The translations under genes and the position numbers were made by a program. A stretch of 50,616 nt of DNA from Candidatus Hydrothermales bacterium. Lineage in GTDB: Bacteria > Hydrothermota > Hydrothermia > Hydrothermales > JAJRUZ01. Shown here piece by piece: positions 47,433 to 50,616 of this stretch (positions are counted from its first letter, which is position 1; the number at the start of each line of letters is the position of its first letter). The DNA lies in assembly GCA_039630575.1 (NCBI GenBank), contig JBCNUW010000015.1:1-50616 (forward strand), written 5' to 3'. The notes beneath the pieces are model-generated. The model ran no database searches. It saw nothing but the letters and a program-made list of their open reading frames with translations, and was not told the origin of the DNA.

Positions 47433-48461
47433 ATGAAGTTGCTTATTTTTATTTTTGGACTCTTACTAATTTCTCTAATATTAATTTTCTTTCTAAGAAG
47501 AATAATTTTAAAAATTTTTAGGAAAATAGAAGAAAGTTTACCTACTGAAATTTGTAAACCACTTATAAGGGTTCTAAAGAGATGGATTTTAATTTTTTTA
47601 ATTCTAATTACATTACATTTTGTTATATTGTTTACAAAGCCTAAAGTAGAAATATCTAACTTTTTACACAAACTTTTAGTTTCTCTTTATATACTCTTTA
47701 CATCACTTTCTTTTATGAATTTTGCTTCTGTATTTTTAAAGATTTATACAAAGAGGATAAAAGAGACTATACCGTCAGTTTCAATTCTTGAGAACATAAT
47801 TAAAATATCTATACTTATAACAGGCTTACTCATACTTCTCCATTTTTTAGGAATTTCAATTTTGCCTATAATTACAGCATTAGGTATAGGTGGAATTGCA
47901 GTTGCTCTTGCATTACAAGATACACTTTCAAACCTTTTTGCTGGTTTTCACCTTATTCTTTCTAAACATATAAGACAAGGAGATTATGTTAAACTTGCTT
48001 CTGGTGAAGAAGGATATGTCTTAGATATTAACTGGCGAAACACTGTGATAAAAAGTTTACAAAACAATCTAATAATTGTTCCTAATTCAAAGGTTTCTTC
48101 TATTATAATCACTAACTATCATTTGCCAGAAAAAGAGCTTTTTTTGACTATTCCTGTAAGTGTTAGTTTCGAAAGTGATCTTGATAAAGTTGAAAAATTA
48201 ACAACAGAAGTTGTATTGGAAGTCTTAAAAGAAATTTATAAAGAAAATGATAATTTTGAGGTTTTTATAAGATATAACTCTTTTGGTGAGTATGGAATTA
48301 ATTTTAGCATTTTTGTGAAAATAAAGGAGTTTTCTCAACAATTTTTAATAAGACATGAAATAATTAAAAGGCTTAACGAAAGGTATAAGAATGAGAAAAT
48401 TATTATACCCTATCCGATTAGAAAGATTTACATTGAGGAAAGGGAAAAATTTAGTGAATAA
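47433..48461 (+). CDS. MscS-family mechanosensitive channel
   Basis: LGIGGIAVALALQDTLSNLFAG, GDYV, G.V.DINWRNT, IIVPNS, IPYP. Confidence 0.94.
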   Translation: MKLLIFIFGLLLISLILIFFLRRIILKIFRKIEESLPTEICKPLIRVLKRWILIFLILITLHFVILFTKPKVEISNFLHKLLVSLYILFTSLSFMNFASVFLKIYTKRIKETIPSVSILENIIKISILITGLLILLHFLGISILPIITALGIGGIAVALALQDTLSNLFAGFHLILSKHIRQGDYVKLASGEEGYVLDINWRNTVIKSLQNNLIIVPNSKVSSIIITNYHLPEKELFLTIPVSVSFESDLDKVEKLTTEVVLEVLKEIYKENDNFEVFIRYNSFGEYGINFSIFVKIKEFSQQFLIRHEIIKRLNERYKNEKIIIPYPIRKIYIEEREKFSE

Positions 48462-50387
48462 TTTTAAATATTTCAATATCTCCACATTCAAATATTTTTT
48501 CAAAAAATTTTTTATTTTCTATAAGATTTAGGGTGTATTTGCTTGCTTTTTTCCTAAATTCCTGAGTAACAACGATTAAGAGAAAATTTTCTTTTTTAAG
48601 TTCACTAATGTCAAGAGAATCTAGCCATTTTTTATACTTAATAGTGTCACTTAAAGGGTGGTGATTTTTAATATATCTGTTGTATCTCGATGAACCTTCT
48701 GCACAGAATCCAGAAAAGATCATAAATCCTTGTTTTTCCTTTTCAAATATTTTTATCTTTTCTCTTTTATCTGAAAAATTCTTTCTTATGAGATTAATGG
48801 CTTCAATTTGACAGTTTGAAAGAGTAAACTTCCACTCTCCTTTTGAAACATAGGTGTAATACCTTATATTTAAAATTGATTCAAAAAAGATTAAAAAAGA
48901 TAAAATTGTTAGAAAAATAAAGGATAAAGTTTTATTTTTTATTTCTTTAATTTTTTCAAAACTAAGATAAATGAAGGGGGTTCCAAACAATCCTATTAAG
49001 TTTGCATAGCGAAGAGTAAGAGGTGTTTCTCCATAGGCGAAAATGTGTGGAAATAGGGCTCCAGTTAGAGAAAAAGTAATTAAAATTATATCACTATAAG
49101 CAAATCTTGAATTTCTTACATAAAGGTAAAAACCTAAAAAAAGAGTAAAAGATACAAAAAAATATTCAAAAAAAACAAGAGTAGGAGAATGAACAAGTGT
49201 TTGTGCAAATAAATATATTTTAATATTTGGTAACGCTGAGGATAGTTTAATTGAATTATAAATGTAGCCATTGAAAATTAAAAGTATTGACATTGTCAAA
49301 AAAGAGTAAAAAAGTACTTTTCTAAATTCTTTTTTTATTATGAATAGGACAAAAAGTGGTATAATTATTATAGGAAAAAAAGCAAAGTTACAAAAAGATA
49401 AAAATGCAAGAACTGTACCTGTTATTATTCCTCTATATTTATGAAAGCTATTATTTAAATTAAAAAGTACAAAAAATATTAAAAGTAAGGGAGGTAAACC
49501 TACAAAAGTTGGAGGATGAAATAGATAGTAGAATATTGAATAATTAGGGGTTACGCTGGAGTATGTATATTTTCCATATAATAACATATCTTTTATATTT
49601 TCTAATTTGTTATTTTTAATAAAAACTGTAAGTGTGTAACCATCTTGAAGAAGTAAAGAGATAGAAAAAAGAAATATATATAATGGAGAACCTATATGTG
49701 AGGCGTATTTTGAATAAAATTTATAAAGAAGTATTGTAAAGAGGAAAAAGTGAATTGTTGCAAAGATTAAGGAACTTTCCCATGCTTCAAATCCCGTAAA
49801 AAAAGAATATCCTGCCAATAAAATGTCAGAATAAAAGTGGTAAAATGTTGGTTTAAATTGGAAAAGAGGATAAGTATAAATATCACCACCGTTTATAATA
49901 TGGTATACATAGGAATAGTGTATTGGTTCCTCTCTGATTGAATTCATTTCAAAAAGGATAAAAGTAAAAAGGATGAATAAAATAAAGATAATTAAAAAAG
50001 TTTTTTTACTATAATTTTTTAATTCAATTTTTTTTAAAAAAAACTCATTTACATTTTTAAAAAAAATCGTGAAAATTGCAACTAAAATTGACATGATAAT
50101 AAAAATATAATTTGAGATTGAAAAAGAAAGAGAAAATTTTGAAATAAAAAAGATACTATAAGGACATAAACTATATATCCAAATGTATAGGAAAATAGTA
50201 AGATTGTTGGTGTATCTTCATTTTTTAGTAGAGAGTAAGTAAGTGATAAGCCCAAAAAAAATAAAAATAAGGGAAAAAATATAAAGTTGATTTGATTTTT
50301 TAAAAAAAGTAAGGAAAAAGCAGAAAGTAGGAACAAAGATAACAATAATTTTTTAATTTTCTTTAAGTTTATAAATACTGATGTCAT
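48451..50387 (-). pseudogene. Polytopic membrane protein (GT-C glycosyltransferase-like architecture) interrupted by a -1 frameshift
   Basis: ORFs 50082..50420 (likely ATG 50387) and 48451..50094 overlap. One added base, e.g. at A6 50146-50151, gives IVSFFISKFSLSFSISNYIFIIMSILVA in a single 645-aa frame. Loop EEPIH...YP...FYHFYSD after early TMs; soluble C-terminus. Function is inference. Confidence 0.55.
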
Positions 50388-50616
50388 CACATTCAAAAAT
50401 TTTTTCAAATAAGTTTTCATTTCTTATAAGATTTAAGGTAAATTGACTTGCCTTTTTTATAAAATCATCGGTTACTACTATAAGATAGAATCCTTTTTCT
50501 TTAAATTCATCCAGATTTAATGAATCTAAAAATCTTTTATGAAAGAGGGTATCTTTATGAGGAGTGTGAGTTCTCAAATAAGAGTTATATACCCCTGAGC
50601 CTTCTACGAAAAAGCC
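50353..50616 (-). CDS. C-terminal part of a paralog of the downstream membrane protein (runs off right edge)
   Basis: Open from the edge: GFFVEGSGVYNSY...FLDSLNLDEFKEKGFYLIVVTDDFIKKASQFTLNLIRNENLFEKIFECDDISIYK aligns without gaps to GFCAEGSSRYNRY...WLDSLDISELKKENFLLIVVTQEFRKKASKYTLNLIENKKFFEKIFECGDIEIFK. Confidence 0.85.
   Translation of the reverse strand, partial: GFFVEGSGVYNSYLRTHTPHKDTLFHKRFLDSLNLDEFKEKGFYLIVVTDDFIKKASQFTLNLIRNENLFEKIFECDDISIYKLKEN

Noticed and set aside
1548..47671. Many 60-155 aa ORFs antisense to or nested in long genes (e.g. 1548..1805, 6882..7346, 17579..17905, 24175..24552, 47375..47671)
   Set aside because: They overlap well-supported genes and carry no motifs; treated as shadow ORFs.
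1..50616. rRNA, tRNA, riboswitch, prophage or integron elements
   Set aside because: No GC-rich structured islands, tRNA arm motifs, integrase or phage structural genes recognised by eye; a covariance-model scan would be needed to exclude small RNAs.

Overview
Very AT-rich, gene-dense bacterial chromosome segment from a diderm. T9SS-type C-terminal sorting domains, C25 gingipain-like proteins and a PorV-like barrel point to an FCB-allied lineage such as WOR-3 (inference). Left end: 3' part of a type I restriction-modification locus (hsdS, hsdR), a decayed IS1634-type transposase and a coiled-coil PD-(D/E)XK protein. Next come NlpC/P60, a DASS transporter, a secreted Asp-box protein paired with a PorV-like barrel, and a PDZ protein behind an ECF-type promoter. 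The centre is a ~15 kb minus-strand run of overlapping or abutting genes (26556 to 11624): LVIVD lipoprotein, two C25 proteins lacking the catalytic His, an Asp-box propeller, an M14 carboxypeptidase, pgsB-pgsC-pgsW (poly-gamma-glutamate), a probable outer-membrane barrel gene split at an A9 slippery run, and a decayed nucleotidyltransferase/HTH pair. The right half is mostly housekeeping: rfbC, mfd, YbhGFSR-like exporter, long sppA, dapA, SPT-like enzyme, Zn-ADH, UbiA, radical SAM, Fe-S oxidoreductase, split transketolase, MscS and tandem membrane-protein paralogs. Best candidate new system: a diderm PGA synthesis/export module with its own outer-membrane barrel under possible slippage control. 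Two window-wide oddities: leaderless promoters and ultra-short signal peptides. No rRNA, tRNA or CRISPR array was recognised. All calls come from reading motifs by eye; no searches were run.
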